A stretch of DNA of 45,264 nucleotides, taken from contig JAAEQG010000440.1 of assembly GCA_024231775.1 (NCBI GenBank), positions 1 to 45,264 on the forward strand, written 5' to 3'. Position numbers and translations under genes: made by a program. The notes under the pieces are model-generated. The model was given only the letters and a program-made list of their open reading frames with translations. It ran no database searches and was not told the DNA's origin. The DNA is from a bacterium (GTDB taxonomy: Bacteria; Planctomycetota; Phycisphaerae; UBA1845). Each line of letters opens with the position of its first letter. Position 1 is the stretch's first letter. Of this stretch, positions 35,612 to 44,535 are shown piece after piece.

Positions 35612-37972
35612 GTGACGAAGATGTCCATCTGCAGCAGTAGTACTAGGTGTTCGCAGTCAGCACCCCTCGCGGCGAAGGTGTACCGGTGCCGAGGTCGATC
35701 GCTGGCGACCATCATTGCCATGGTTGTGGTGGTATCTGGTCGGGGCGATCCCGCCTGGGGTCAGAGCCAGTCGGCGGAAGTGCGTGAGAGGTGCGACCAC
35801 GCGACGGTCATGGTGCTCACCAAGTACTCCAAGAGTTCTGAGGGTGATACGCTGTTCGGCACGGGATCAGGATACTTCATCAACCGGACCGGTCTCTGCA
35901 TCAGCAACAACCACGTGGTCGATCCCGGCCACCACAAGTCTCAGCAAGAGAAGTTCGAGCTTAAGGGTTCCTTGAACCGCTTGGTATGGAACGTGGTGGT
36001 GGACGGTGGCACCGATGATGAGAAGGTGTATCGCGCCGACGTGCTCTACCAGAACGAGAGGGCCGATCAAGCCCTGTTGCAGGTCTACGGCGAAGACGGC
36101 GATTTTCTGGAGTGGGAACACTATCTGGGTTTCTTCCCAGGGCGCCGGCTGCGAATCGGGCAGAAGGCATGGTGTTACGGATTCCCCGGCGGGAACTCCC
36201 GGAAGGGTGATAAGGGCGAGCACTCGCGCGTCGCGGTGACTGATGGTCACGTCGTGGATCTCCCGCGCCGGCCCGATGGCGACGTCAAGATGATAGAGAC
36301 CGATGTGTTGGCCAATCCGGGCAACAGCGGCGGGCCGTTCGTGGACATCGACGGCAACCTGCTCGGGACGCTGACCCTCGGCGCCCAGACTGAAGGTCGG
36401 ACCAACACGACCGAACTGGTGCCAGCCGACCTGACCAAGGAGTTCATCACCACGGCGTTCCAGCGTGGGAAGGTCCCTTCCGGGATCGACCTCGAGCCGT
36501 TTTATACTCATCTGGTGGGCGAGGACGGGTACGTTGCGGTGCCTGGATACCCCCGGTTGGACAGGTCGGACTGCCTGGTGCTGGAATCGAAGGACCGGAT
36601 GTGCGGCGCTCCGGTCGGCGAATCGATCACGTTACCGACCCCGCTAGGGAAGCTGAGACTGCCTTGTGCCCAGATGGCGTACCTGCTCAAGCAGGATCGC
36701 GAGTTCGGCGTTATTCTGATGGACGGCGGCGAGCGTTTGCCGTTTCTGCGCACCGATCCTGAGGCGGTGATCGAGTTTCGACCGACCGTCGGGAAGGCGT
36801 TCACCCAGGCGTTGGGCAACGTGGAGGCCGTCGCCTTCCGGAAAGGTAACGACCTGGGTGATCCTCCGAGCGGCCGCAATGTGCTGATTGGGGGCACGGG
36901 ATACCACGTGCTAGTCTCGTCGCCGGAGGGTGAAGCTAGGTTCCGCACGAAACTGGGCGTGGAACTGCCCCTGCCTATCGAATCCATCTCTCATGTGAGC
37001 ACCGATAGGACAACCGGCGACCGGATCATCGTGATCACGGACGGGTCCGAGGTTACCGGGGAGTTCCTGCCCCACGAGATTCGGGCAACGCTTTCGATCA
37101 ATGGGGCTCCACTGAAACTCTCTCTGGCGGGTGTGGAATACGCGACGATCGAGGTCCTCAAGGGCAAGGCGCGACGTACGCGAGGCCACAGTCTCATGGA
37201 CCTGTTCGGGGACGCCGCATCCGATATGCAAGGAATGGCGCAGGCTCTCGACAACGGCGAGGTGGAGAAGGTGGAAAGCCAGTTGGCCCGCCGTTACGGT
37301 ACGGCCGTCTTCAAGAGGCAGGCCCCGCTGAAGAAGAATCAGATCCGACTGCTCAGGGGGGTGTGTCACTGGCACAGCGGACGGTACGCTCAGGCCAATC
37401 GCGAGTTCAGGAAGCTCAAACGCTGCGAAGAGGAGGGTATTCGCTGGTACGCGCATGCCGTGGCGGCGGTATACGAGCGGTTTCCCGGCGGGGAATACGG
37501 CGAGCGTCCCCTCAGTGATCCGGCGGTGTTCAAGCAGGCAGGGGCTGTGATAGCGGAGGAGGCCCTGGGGAATGCTCTCGATCTGCTCAGCGAGGTTGAT
37601 GCGCCTCCACCAGGTAATCGCGGGATGTTCATGCGGATGCGTAAGCGGCTTCAGAACCAGTCCGACGACCTTATGGTTGCCAGTCGGCTGGGGAACCGCG
37701 CAGCTGACGACGCCGTTGTGCGAATATGGAATTTCGAGGCTAGACTCTGCGAGGGCGAGATCCGTCGCTTGGAGGAGGAAATCGAGAAGAAGGGAGAGGA
37801 ACTGAGCGGCCTCGATTCGAATGCGCGTCAGTGGAGAGGGCGCCGCATTGAACGAGATGTCGACTCTCTTGTTCAAGCCAGGGATGCCACCGTAGAGTGG
37901 TTTGGCGAGGTTCAGGAACGCCTCGCGGAAGTCGGCTTCATCATTGACGACCCTGATCGGGATATAGACTAG
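35612..37972 (+). CDS. Secreted trypsin-like (S1C) serine protease with long C-terminal extension
   Basis: GTGSGYFI, SNNHVV, D.ALL, GFPGG and ANPGNSGGP catalytic motifs; C-terminal beta-rich, TPR-like and coiled-coil segments. Confidence 0.85.
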   Translation: MTKMSICSSSTRCSQSAPLAAKVYRCRGRSLATIIAMVVVVSGRGDPAWGQSQSAEVRERCDHATVMVLTKYSKSSEGDTLFGTGSGYFINRTGLCISNNHVVDPGHHKSQQEKFELKGSLNRLVWNVVVDGGTDDEKVYRADVLYQNERADQALLQVYGEDGDFLEWEHYLGFFPGRRLRIGQKAWCYGFPGGNSRKGDKGEHSRVAVTDGHVVDLPRRPDGDVKMIETDVLANPGNSGGPFVDIDGNLLGTLTLGAQTEGRTNTTELVPADLTKEFITTAFQRGKVPSGIDLEPFYTHLVGEDGYVAVPGYPRLDRSDCLVLESKDRMCGAPVGESITLPTPLGKLRLPCAQMAYLLKQDREFGVILMDGGERLPFLRTDPEAVIEFRPTVGKAFTQALGNVEAVAFRKGNDLGDPPSGRNVLIGGTGYHVLVSSPEGEARFRTKLGVELPLPIESISHVSTDRTTGDRIIVITDGSEVTGEFLPHEIRATLSINGAPLKLSLAGVEYATIEVLKGKARRTRGHSLMDLFGDAASDMQGMAQALDNGEVEKVESQLARRYGTAVFKRQAPLKKNQIRLLRGVCHWHSGRYAQANREFRKLKRCEEEGIRWYAHAVAAVYERFPGGEYGERPLSDPAVFKQAGAVIAEEALGNALDLLSEVDAPPPGNRGMFMRMRKRLQNQSDDLMVASRLGNRAADDAVVRIWNFEARLCEGEIRRLEEEIEKKGEELSGLDSNARQWRGRRIERDVDSLVQARDATVEWFGEVQERLAEVGFIIDDPDRDID

Positions 37973-38012
37973 ACGGGACCTGCCTCCTTGGCAGCTGAGG
38001 TTGATCGAAGTG

Positions 38013-38438
38013 ATGAGAACTCCTGTATCGGTCCGATTCGCAAGGGGGTACGGGCTTCTGACCGTGCTCGTCCTCTGCCTAGCGTTCGCCGGCTGCAAGG
38101 ATGACGACCCCGGCTTCAAGACCGTTACGCTCTCCGGAACGGTGGAGGCGATCGACCTGGATAAATCGCGGGTGCGAATCACATTCCACAGCGAGAAGTA
38201 CGATCGCGAGATCACCGCCGAAGCAATCGTCACGCCGGAGACCGAGATCCTCATCAACGGTATCGCTGCGGAACTGGCTGATGTTGAGGTGGGCGAGCGT
38301 GCCGAAGGAGAGACCATCGTCACCCATGAGGAGGGGGGTGACCGGGTGATCACCGTGACTCGGGTACGGATTGAGCGGGGCGAGCTGATCGCCCCCATCA
38401 AGCCCGCACCGCCGGGTCAACCCGCCACGGGGTCTTAG
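38013..38438 (+). CDS. Hypothetical lipoprotein (OB-fold/DUF5666-like)
   Basis: FAGC lipobox; GTVEAID....I, V.PETEI.ING....L.DV.VG pattern. Confidence 0.65.
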   Translation: MRTPVSVRFARGYGLLTVLVLCLAFAGCKDDDPGFKTVTLSGTVEAIDLDKSRVRITFHSEKYDREITAEAIVTPETEILINGIAAELADVEVGERAEGETIVTHEEGGDRVITVTRVRIERGELIAPIKPAPPGQPATGS

Positions 38439-38505
38439 GTTCGATGGGACTCAGTTCCGGATACTCCTCGACTCCCGCGGCGGCTCGTCCCCGGGCCGCT
38501 GGCAA

Positions 38506-38533
38506 TTGACATCGCGGAATGTCTCCATACCCT
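38506..38533 (+). promoter_or_regulatory. Sigma70-type promoter of the selenoprotein-cysE unit
   Basis: TTGACA-16nt-TACCCT, about 70 nt upstream of ATG 38602. Confidence 0.45.
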
Positions 38534-38601
38534 TTCATGGTCGTAAGGCGGGCCGGGCTGGGCCGCCTGAATAAGAGGTTGGTTCCTCTGGAGCACCGAG
38601 C

Positions 38602-38829
38602 ATGAAGATCACCATCGAATACTGCGTTGAATGAAACTACACGCCCAAAGCCGCCAGTCTGGCGGCGGCGATCAAGGACGAGTTTGAGGTTGACTGCGAG
38701 CTGATCAGAGGCGGCGGAGGTATCTTCGACGTACATGCAGACGGCGAGTTGATGTTCAGCAAGCATCAGGCTGGACGCTTTCCCGAGCACGCCGAGGTGC
38801 TTGAGCGGATCGCTACGAAAGCTCCGTAG
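38602..38829 (+). CDS. Rdx family (SelW/SelT/SelH) selenoprotein, CxxU; TGA at 38632-38634 read as Sec
   Basis: Not in the ORF track. Reads MKITIEYCVE(U)NYTPKAASLAAAIKDEFEVDCELIRGGGGIFDVHADGELMFSKHQAGRFPEHAEVLERIATKAP*. Rdx motifs lie on both sides of the TGA (I.IEYC..U, G.G.FDV..DG.L.FSK...RFP). GGAG RBS; downstream hairpin. Confidence 0.9.
38642..38670 (+). promoter_or_regulatory. Bacterial SECIS-like stem-loop
   Basis: cgcc-caaa-GCCGCCA-gtc-TGGCGGC-ggcg: 7-bp upper stem starting 15 nt after the UGA, G first in the apical loop, bulged lower stem. Confidence 0.7.
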
Positions 38830-38844
38830 TAGTGAGGATGGGTG

Positions 38845-39807
38845 ATGGACTTCTCCCTGGGTGATCGGCTGGCGGGTCTGGTCGACCGCATGATCGTGAG
38901 CTACGACGCCAACGATGCGACTCGTCATATCGAACGAGCGTTCTTGCCCTCGCGGCGGCGGGTTGTCGAGATGACCGAGAAACTGCTCGAGCTCATCTAT
39001 CCCGGGTTCCTCGGTCGCCAGAACCTGAATCGGCATAACGTACAGTATCACGTGGGGGAACTTCTGCCGCTGGCGGGAGATCTGGTCTTCAGTCAGAGCT
39101 ACGAAGCCCTCTGCTACGTCGAGTCCGCGGCGCAGCCTGAGCAAGATGACCGCAAGCCTTGCGATCGCAAGGCCCGACAGATCACTGAGCAGTTTCTCGA
39201 ACGCCTGCCGGACGTGCGGGACTCCCTGGCGGCGGATGTCCAGGCGGCGCTGGATGGCGACCCCGCGGCGATGAATACCGACGAGATCATCCTGGCTTAT
39301 CCGGGAATGTTCGCGGTGTCCGTGTACCGGTTGGCCCATGAGTTGCATACCCTGGGCGTACCCCTGCTGCCACGGATCATGACCGAGTGGGCTCACTCGG
39401 TGACCGGGGTGGACATTCACCCGGGCGCCCGCATCGGGCGGAGCTTCTTCATCGATCACGGAACCGGGGTGGTCATCGGCGAGACCACCGACATCGGCGA
39501 TGACGTCAAAATATACCAGGGGGTCACCCTCGGAGCCCTGTCGTTTCCCAAAGACGAGCGCGGCCAGTTGATCCGTGGAGCCAAGCGTCACCCGACGGTC
39601 TGCGACCACGTGACGATCTACGCCAACGCGATTGTGCTCGGCGGCGAAACCGTGCTGGGCGAGGGTGCGGTCATCGGCGGATCAGTCTTCGTGACCAGCA
39701 GCGTGCCACCCCACTCGACGGTCACCATTAAACCTCCGGATCTGCGCATTAAAGACCACTCCCCAGCACCCGAGACCGGGGCCGCGGAATCGGGCCAAAA
39801 GAAGTAA
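38845..39807 (+). CDS. cysE: Serine O-acetyltransferase (long EpsC/CysE type)
   Basis: DV.AA..GDPAA, YPG..A...YRLAH, TGVDIHPGA.IG..FFIDHGTGVVIGET, IYQGVTLG and KRHPT motifs. Confidence 0.92.
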   Translation: MDFSLGDRLAGLVDRMIVSYDANDATRHIERAFLPSRRRVVEMTEKLLELIYPGFLGRQNLNRHNVQYHVGELLPLAGDLVFSQSYEALCYVESAAQPEQDDRKPCDRKARQITEQFLERLPDVRDSLAADVQAALDGDPAAMNTDEIILAYPGMFAVSVYRLAHELHTLGVPLLPRIMTEWAHSVTGVDIHPGARIGRSFFIDHGTGVVIGETTDIGDDVKIYQGVTLGALSFPKDERGQLIRGAKRHPTVCDHVTIYANAIVLGGETVLGEGAVIGGSVFVTSSVPPHSTVTIKPPDLRIKDHSPAPETGAAESGQKK

Positions 39808-39995
39808 CGCTCCTTCCGGCAAGGTCGCACCGGCCGCTTCCGGGCTGTTCCAGCGATGGTGTAGGCCTTGAGGCTGCGTGAGGCTGTCCTGGACTTCCCA
39901 TTCCCCGAGCATCGGCTAGGATGAACGGCGTGCGATGTCCGGCCCGGGGTCCGCGGGCCTTCCGCTCAACCGTCGAGTTTACGGTGAGGTGACGC

Positions 39996-41186
39996 TTGGC
40001 CCGGTCTTCGGTCACCCGAATAACCATCTACCCTCTGGCGATACCTCTGCGGAGGGAGGTTACGCACGCCTCCGGTGAGCGGACGGTCTCCGACTCCGTA
40101 GTGGTGGCGGTCGAGTTGATGGACGGTACGGTCGGGTATGGCGAGACGCTCCCGCGCCCCTATGTCACCGGCGAGACGCCGGAATCCGTCATCAGTGCGG
40201 TGCGCCAGGTCTTCATAGACCCGTTGCTGGAGTATCACCCCTCGAGTTTCTTCGACGGGGTGGAGTCTATCGAGGGTCTTCCGTGGTGCGACGCCGAGGG
40301 TCAGGGAGTTTCCGCAGCCCGGGCTGCGGTCGAGCTGGCGTTGCTGGATGCCTCGTCCCGCTACTTCCAGGTTCCTTTGGCCCAGATTGTGGGCTGGGCG
40401 GATCTGGCTGGTTTCGGCCCGCCGGGTAGCTTACCCCAGGCCCGCTACAGCGTTGTGCTGGCTAGTCGCTCTCTCGAAGGAACGACGAAATGGATGCGCC
40501 GGGCGTGGTGGTTCGGGCTTCGCGATTACAAGCTCAAGGTCGGCCTGCCTGACGACGACCGGCGCGTGCAGGTTGTGCTGGACTATCTGTGCCAGCCGAT
40601 CCAGAAGGGGCGGGCCACTCTGCGTCTGGACGCCAACGGCGCCTGGTCCAAGAGCGAAGCCGTAGACCGCCTGGACCGCTGGAGCGAGTTGCCCATCGCA
40701 TGTGTCGAACAGCCGCTTCCGAGAGGCGCTGAGGAGGACCTACAGACGGTCAAAGCCTGCGTCACCCAACGGCTGATGCACGACGAATCACTGGTCACCC
40801 TGGAGGACGGAGCCCGCCTGATCGACCAGAAGGTGGCCGACGGTTTCAACATCCGGATCAGCAAGTGCGGGGGATTGCTGCCCTCGCTGCGGTTGGCCCA
40901 CTTGGCCCGCAAGAACGGAGTGATGATCCAACTGGGCTGTATGGTGGGGGAGACCAGCATCCTCTCGGCGGCGGGGCGGCGTTTCCTCGAGCTGACTCCG
41001 CAGGTCCGGTTCGCGGAGGGGTGGTATGGTTCATTCCTGCTGCGTGGCGATGTCACCCACCGGCCGCTGCGGTTCGGTTATGGCGGGCGCGGGTGCGGGC
41101 TAGGCCCGTATGGTTGGGGGATCGACGTCGAGCCCGCACGCCTCGAGGCGCTCTGTCTCGACCGCCCGATCGTGTTGGAGCTGTAG
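39996..41186 (+). CDS. Enolase-superfamily (MLE subgroup) protein, dipeptide epimerase-like
   Basis: GYGE, KLKVG, DANGAW, EQP, DES metal ligands, NIRISKCGG and GCMVGET motifs. Confidence 0.82.
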   Translation: MARSSVTRITIYPLAIPLRREVTHASGERTVSDSVVVAVELMDGTVGYGETLPRPYVTGETPESVISAVRQVFIDPLLEYHPSSFFDGVESIEGLPWCDAEGQGVSAARAAVELALLDASSRYFQVPLAQIVGWADLAGFGPPGSLPQARYSVVLASRSLEGTTKWMRRAWWFGLRDYKLKVGLPDDDRRVQVVLDYLCQPIQKGRATLRLDANGAWSKSEAVDRLDRWSELPIACVEQPLPRGAEEDLQTVKACVTQRLMHDESLVTLEDGARLIDQKVADGFNIRISKCGGLLPSLRLAHLARKNGVMIQLGCMVGETSILSAAGRRFLELTPQVRFAEGWYGSFLLRGDVTHRPLRFGYGGRGCGLGPYGWGIDVEPARLEALCLDRPIVLEL

Positions 41187-41205
41187 GCTACGCCGCCTGA
41201 TTGCA

Positions 41206-43743
41206 TCAGGCGTTCATGTCATCCCAACGCTTAGCCAACTGGCCAAAGATAAAGAGGGCAATGGCGGCGATCACCCCAATCGCCGCAAACGGAATCCACA
41301 CCCGGTACTGCGGTCCGTACCGATCCCAGAGGTGCTTCGTAGTCGTTAACCCCGAGTGGTTGATCTCCGCGGCGACCACCGCCCGAGCTTCGTACGGGTT
41401 CAGACCCAACAGGTGGGCAGCCTGATCCGGGACCTGCGACCAGTCCTTGGCGGCCAGCGCCAGCTGGATGAGATCCTGCTTCCCCGCCAGGCGGGTGTAG
41501 TTTACCCCCTCCGGGGTCACATCAGCCGGGTCGTCGCCGCTCCCGAGCCACCCCATCACCCGCTCGCCCAGGGTGCTATGGTCGATGCCCGCCAGGACTA
41601 CCCGTAGCGCAGCTTCGTCCGAGCCGATGAGCGCACGCAATAGCTTCCGGTCCCGGGACCAGTCCTTCCTCGCCACCGCCGCGAACCGTTGATACTCCTG
41701 ATTGACCAGGTACACGAAGGCCCGATCCGCCAGGTTCTGGGTGGGGACGTCCAGTTTGCCCAGCTCTTGATCGACGGCGGCGGGGTCGGCCCCGGTGGCG
41801 GCGCTGAGGGCGGGAAACGACTTTGTCCGGCCGATGCCGAGACGCTTCTCGATTTCCCCGATCCGCTCACCCATAGCTTCAACCGGATGCTGGAACGCCA
41901 TGCGTTGGGCGGCGTCGTGGACCAGGTCAGACGCCTGAGCCAGATACTCCAACGCCAGGTTATTGAGCACCTCCGGGTCATCGCCGAAACGCTGCCAGAG
42001 CAGCTCGACGACCTCCCCATCGTCCAGCCCCTGGCCGGAAGGCTGATCTTCGTTGACCATCGTGCAGACCCGCCCGAACGCGGAAGCCCGGTTCTCCCCC
42101 AGGGCGGCGGGAAGAGCGCTCACCCAGGCAGCGGGTTTCACCTCGGCAGGCGTTGCCGTTCCATCCGCCAGGCGCGTACCCAAGCCGTCGCCAAGGGGCC
42201 TGTACCGCTCCTCTTGGAGCACCTTGGGCAACTCCGCAGCTACACTGTCGCGATACTGCTCGGAGGCGCTCATGTACAGCAGCGCCAGATTGGTTATCTG
42301 CCCGCGGTCATTGGCGAAGAGACGACGCAGGGCGTCGGCGCCCTGTTCGTTGTTCATCTTCAGGTGAGCACACGCGGTGTCGAACGCTTCGGCGCGATTC
42401 AGACCCGTCAGCGTGGGCACCAGCTCCAGGGCATCGCTCCAGTCGGAGGCCTGCGCCGCCCGGGCGAGCAACGCCGGGCGCGTAGCCATCTCCTTCAACG
42501 CCAGGGTCGCCTTCTCCCCATAGGTTCCGTAGACATGGCCGGCGATCCACGATCCGAACCCGACGCCAATGCCGATGGGGATGTTCACGTAGCCCAGATA
42601 CAAACCCTTCTTGCCCGGGGGGGCGATCAAGCTGAGGTATTGGTTCTTCTTCGGGCCGGTGAGCATCTCGCCTAAAGAGAAGCAGATGATGCCCAGGAGC
42701 AGGATCCAACCGTTATCGGTCAGGCCAGCCACGAGGACTCCGGCGGTGGCTATGAGCATGCCGATGAGCATCGCCGATAGCGTGCGCATCTTGCGTACTA
42801 GCCAGGAGACCGGCACCATGAAGAACACGATCAGCAGGGCGTTCAGCGAGATAAGCACCTGCTGGGGTACGCGAATCAGTCCGCGGTCTCCCATTTCCTG
42901 CCAGGAATCGAAGGGCATGTACGCAGCCACCATCGAGCTGTCGATCCAGTCCTCGATGAAGTTGGGCTGCAAATCCCAGAGCTGGTACATCATCAGCCAG
43001 AAGCATGACATTATCAGCAGCCAGGTGATCAGGCGCGGCTCGACCACGTTGACAATGGTACGCCGCAAGACTTGCAGGGGGCTTTCACTCTTGGACGCTC
43101 CGGAAGGAACGTCTTTGAAGGTGAACAGCATCAGATAATTCATCGCCGTACACGCAGCGCAGAACAGGAAGACGTTCCGCCATCCATCGGAGCTGTGAGG
43201 CTGACCGAGCAGCAGTGGTGAAATGTAGTGGCCCAGCACGGACCCGACGTTGACCACCCAGTAGAAGATTCCCCAACCCAGGGACGAGGTCCCCTCGGTC
43301 AGTTGGTGGGCGATGGTGCCCTGCAGCGCCGGCTTGAAGAACGCGGTACCGATCGCCAGGGTGATGATGCCCGCAAAGAACCCGAGATAGCTGTGGGTGT
43401 AGGCCATCAGCAGGTACCCGAAGATGTTCATCGTAACCGCGAATGAGAGGGTCTTCTTGTACCCGTAGCGGTCCGCGTAACCTCCGGTGACCATGGGGAG
43501 GAAGGATTGGAAGATGGCCCACCACATGTAGATCCAGCCCTTGGTGGCCTGGGGCAGGTGCAGACCACCGGGTTCACTGGCTTGGCAGATGTAGATGGGG
43601 GCGATCGGCCGGAGCACGTAGTAGGCCAGCCGCTCCCACATCTCGATGGCGTTGCACATCCAGTATGTTGCCCCCAGCCGGCGTTCGGTCACTGGAGGAG
43701 TCGGGGGCGAGGCGGCGGTAGGTTCGCTCATCTGGACGCACAT
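41206..43743 (-). CDS. MFS transporter (POT/peptide-transporter-like) with a ~400-aa insertion before the last TM helix
   Basis: EMWERLAYY (ExxER motif), GGYADRYGYKK, GTAFFKP, FYWVVNVG and GEMLTGP motifs; 845 aa. Start 43743 or 43731. Confidence 0.85.
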   Translation of the reverse strand: MCVQMSEPTAASPPTPPVTERRLGATYWMCNAIEMWERLAYYVLRPIAPIYICQASEPGGLHLPQATKGWIYMWWAIFQSFLPMVTGGYADRYGYKKTLSFAVTMNIFGYLLMAYTHSYLGFFAGIITLAIGTAFFKPALQGTIAHQLTEGTSSLGWGIFYWVVNVGSVLGHYISPLLLGQPHSSDGWRNVFLFCAACTAMNYLMLFTFKDVPSGASKSESPLQVLRRTIVNVVEPRLITWLLIMSCFWLMMYQLWDLQPNFIEDWIDSSMVAAYMPFDSWQEMGDRGLIRVPQQVLISLNALLIVFFMVPVSWLVRKMRTLSAMLIGMLIATAGVLVAGLTDNGWILLLGIICFSLGEMLTGPKKNQYLSLIAPPGKKGLYLGYVNIPIGIGVGFGSWIAGHVYGTYGEKATLALKEMATRPALLARAAQASDWSDALELVPTLTGLNRAEAFDTACAHLKMNNEQGADALRRLFANDRGQITNLALLYMSASEQYRDSVAAELPKVLQEERYRPLGDGLGTRLADGTATPAEVKPAAWVSALPAALGENRASAFGRVCTMVNEDQPSGQGLDDGEVVELLWQRFGDDPEVLNNLALEYLAQASDLVHDAAQRMAFQHPVEAMGERIGEIEKRLGIGRTKSFPALSAATGADPAAVDQELGKLDVPTQNLADRAFVYLVNQEYQRFAAVARKDWSRDRKLLRALIGSDEAALRVVLAGIDHSTLGERVMGWLGSGDDPADVTPEGVNYTRLAGKQDLIQLALAAKDWSQVPDQAAHLLGLNPYEARAVVAAEINHSGLTTTKHLWDRYGPQYRVWIPFAAIGVIAAIALFIFGQLAKRWDDMNA

Positions 43744-44165
43744 CCTTTCGCGGTTCGGGGGATCCGGGCACGGCTGGGCAGGCTGGACCAGCGTTTCCGG
43801 TCGCGCGATGGCCGATTCGGACCCGGACGGGTCGGAACCTATCGGAAACCGCCGCCTCGTTCAACGCACGTGGGTCGGTTTCCTCCGTCCGGTGGAGCTT
43901 CGGCGACCGTCTGGGGACCGAGAATCGCCTATCCCGCTGCGGCCTGACGAACCTATGGATGGCGGAGCTTCTGACGTAAAAGTAGTTATTCGGGCGATGA
44001 CGAGCGGACTCAACGGAGCTTGTACGCCACTGGAGAATCCTCCGGAGCTTGGGTTGGGCCGGCGTCAAGTCACAGTGCATATTCTGTGTTCCCCTGCGGA
44101 TTCTGGAGTTCCGGAACACCCGTGCGGCGTGTTTCTCGCAAGGGCGAGGAAATGTTACCAGCATC

Positions 44166-44194
44166 TTGTAAATGGTGGTTAGGTGCCCTAGAAT
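44166..44194 (+). promoter_or_regulatory. Sigma70-type promoter upstream of the last gene
   Basis: TTGTAA-17nt-TAGAAT in an AT-richer intergenic patch. Confidence 0.45.
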
Positions 44195-44535
44195 GGCCTG
44201 TCGGTGAGCGCGGTACGAGAAACGCCGCTGCTCTGCTCCGCCGCACAATCTGGTCTCCCGTGTAGTGCTCCGTTGGATCGGTGTTCATGCAGGGGTGTGT
44301 CCAGTCTGGTTGTGTCGGGGTCGGGCCTATCTCGAAGGCGCCCACCGCGATTAACCGAGGGGAGGCCGGGAGGCGAGAATCGGTGAGGAGGAAGAAGCGG
44401 CACTCATACCCAACGGATGCCCTTCTCAGTTCTGCCCGAGCTCCTTTGAACGGGAGCGGTGGTCAGTTAAGTCGCCCGTATCACCCGGCCCACAAGCCAG
44501 GTGGGGTTGCGCCCGTGGATTGCACAGGAGGAATC

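Noticed and set aside
38632-38634. Reading the Rdx gene as a pseudogene, or as evidence of genome-wide UGA reassignment
   Set aside because: The TGA sits exactly at the redox-active position with a SECIS-like hairpin behind it, while many other genes here (rpsP, trmD, nrdJ, tatD) end normally at TGA.
43574-44403. Several short ORFs in the MFS upstream intergenic region
   Set aside because: They overlap one another, lack an RBS or motifs, and cover promoter-like sequence.
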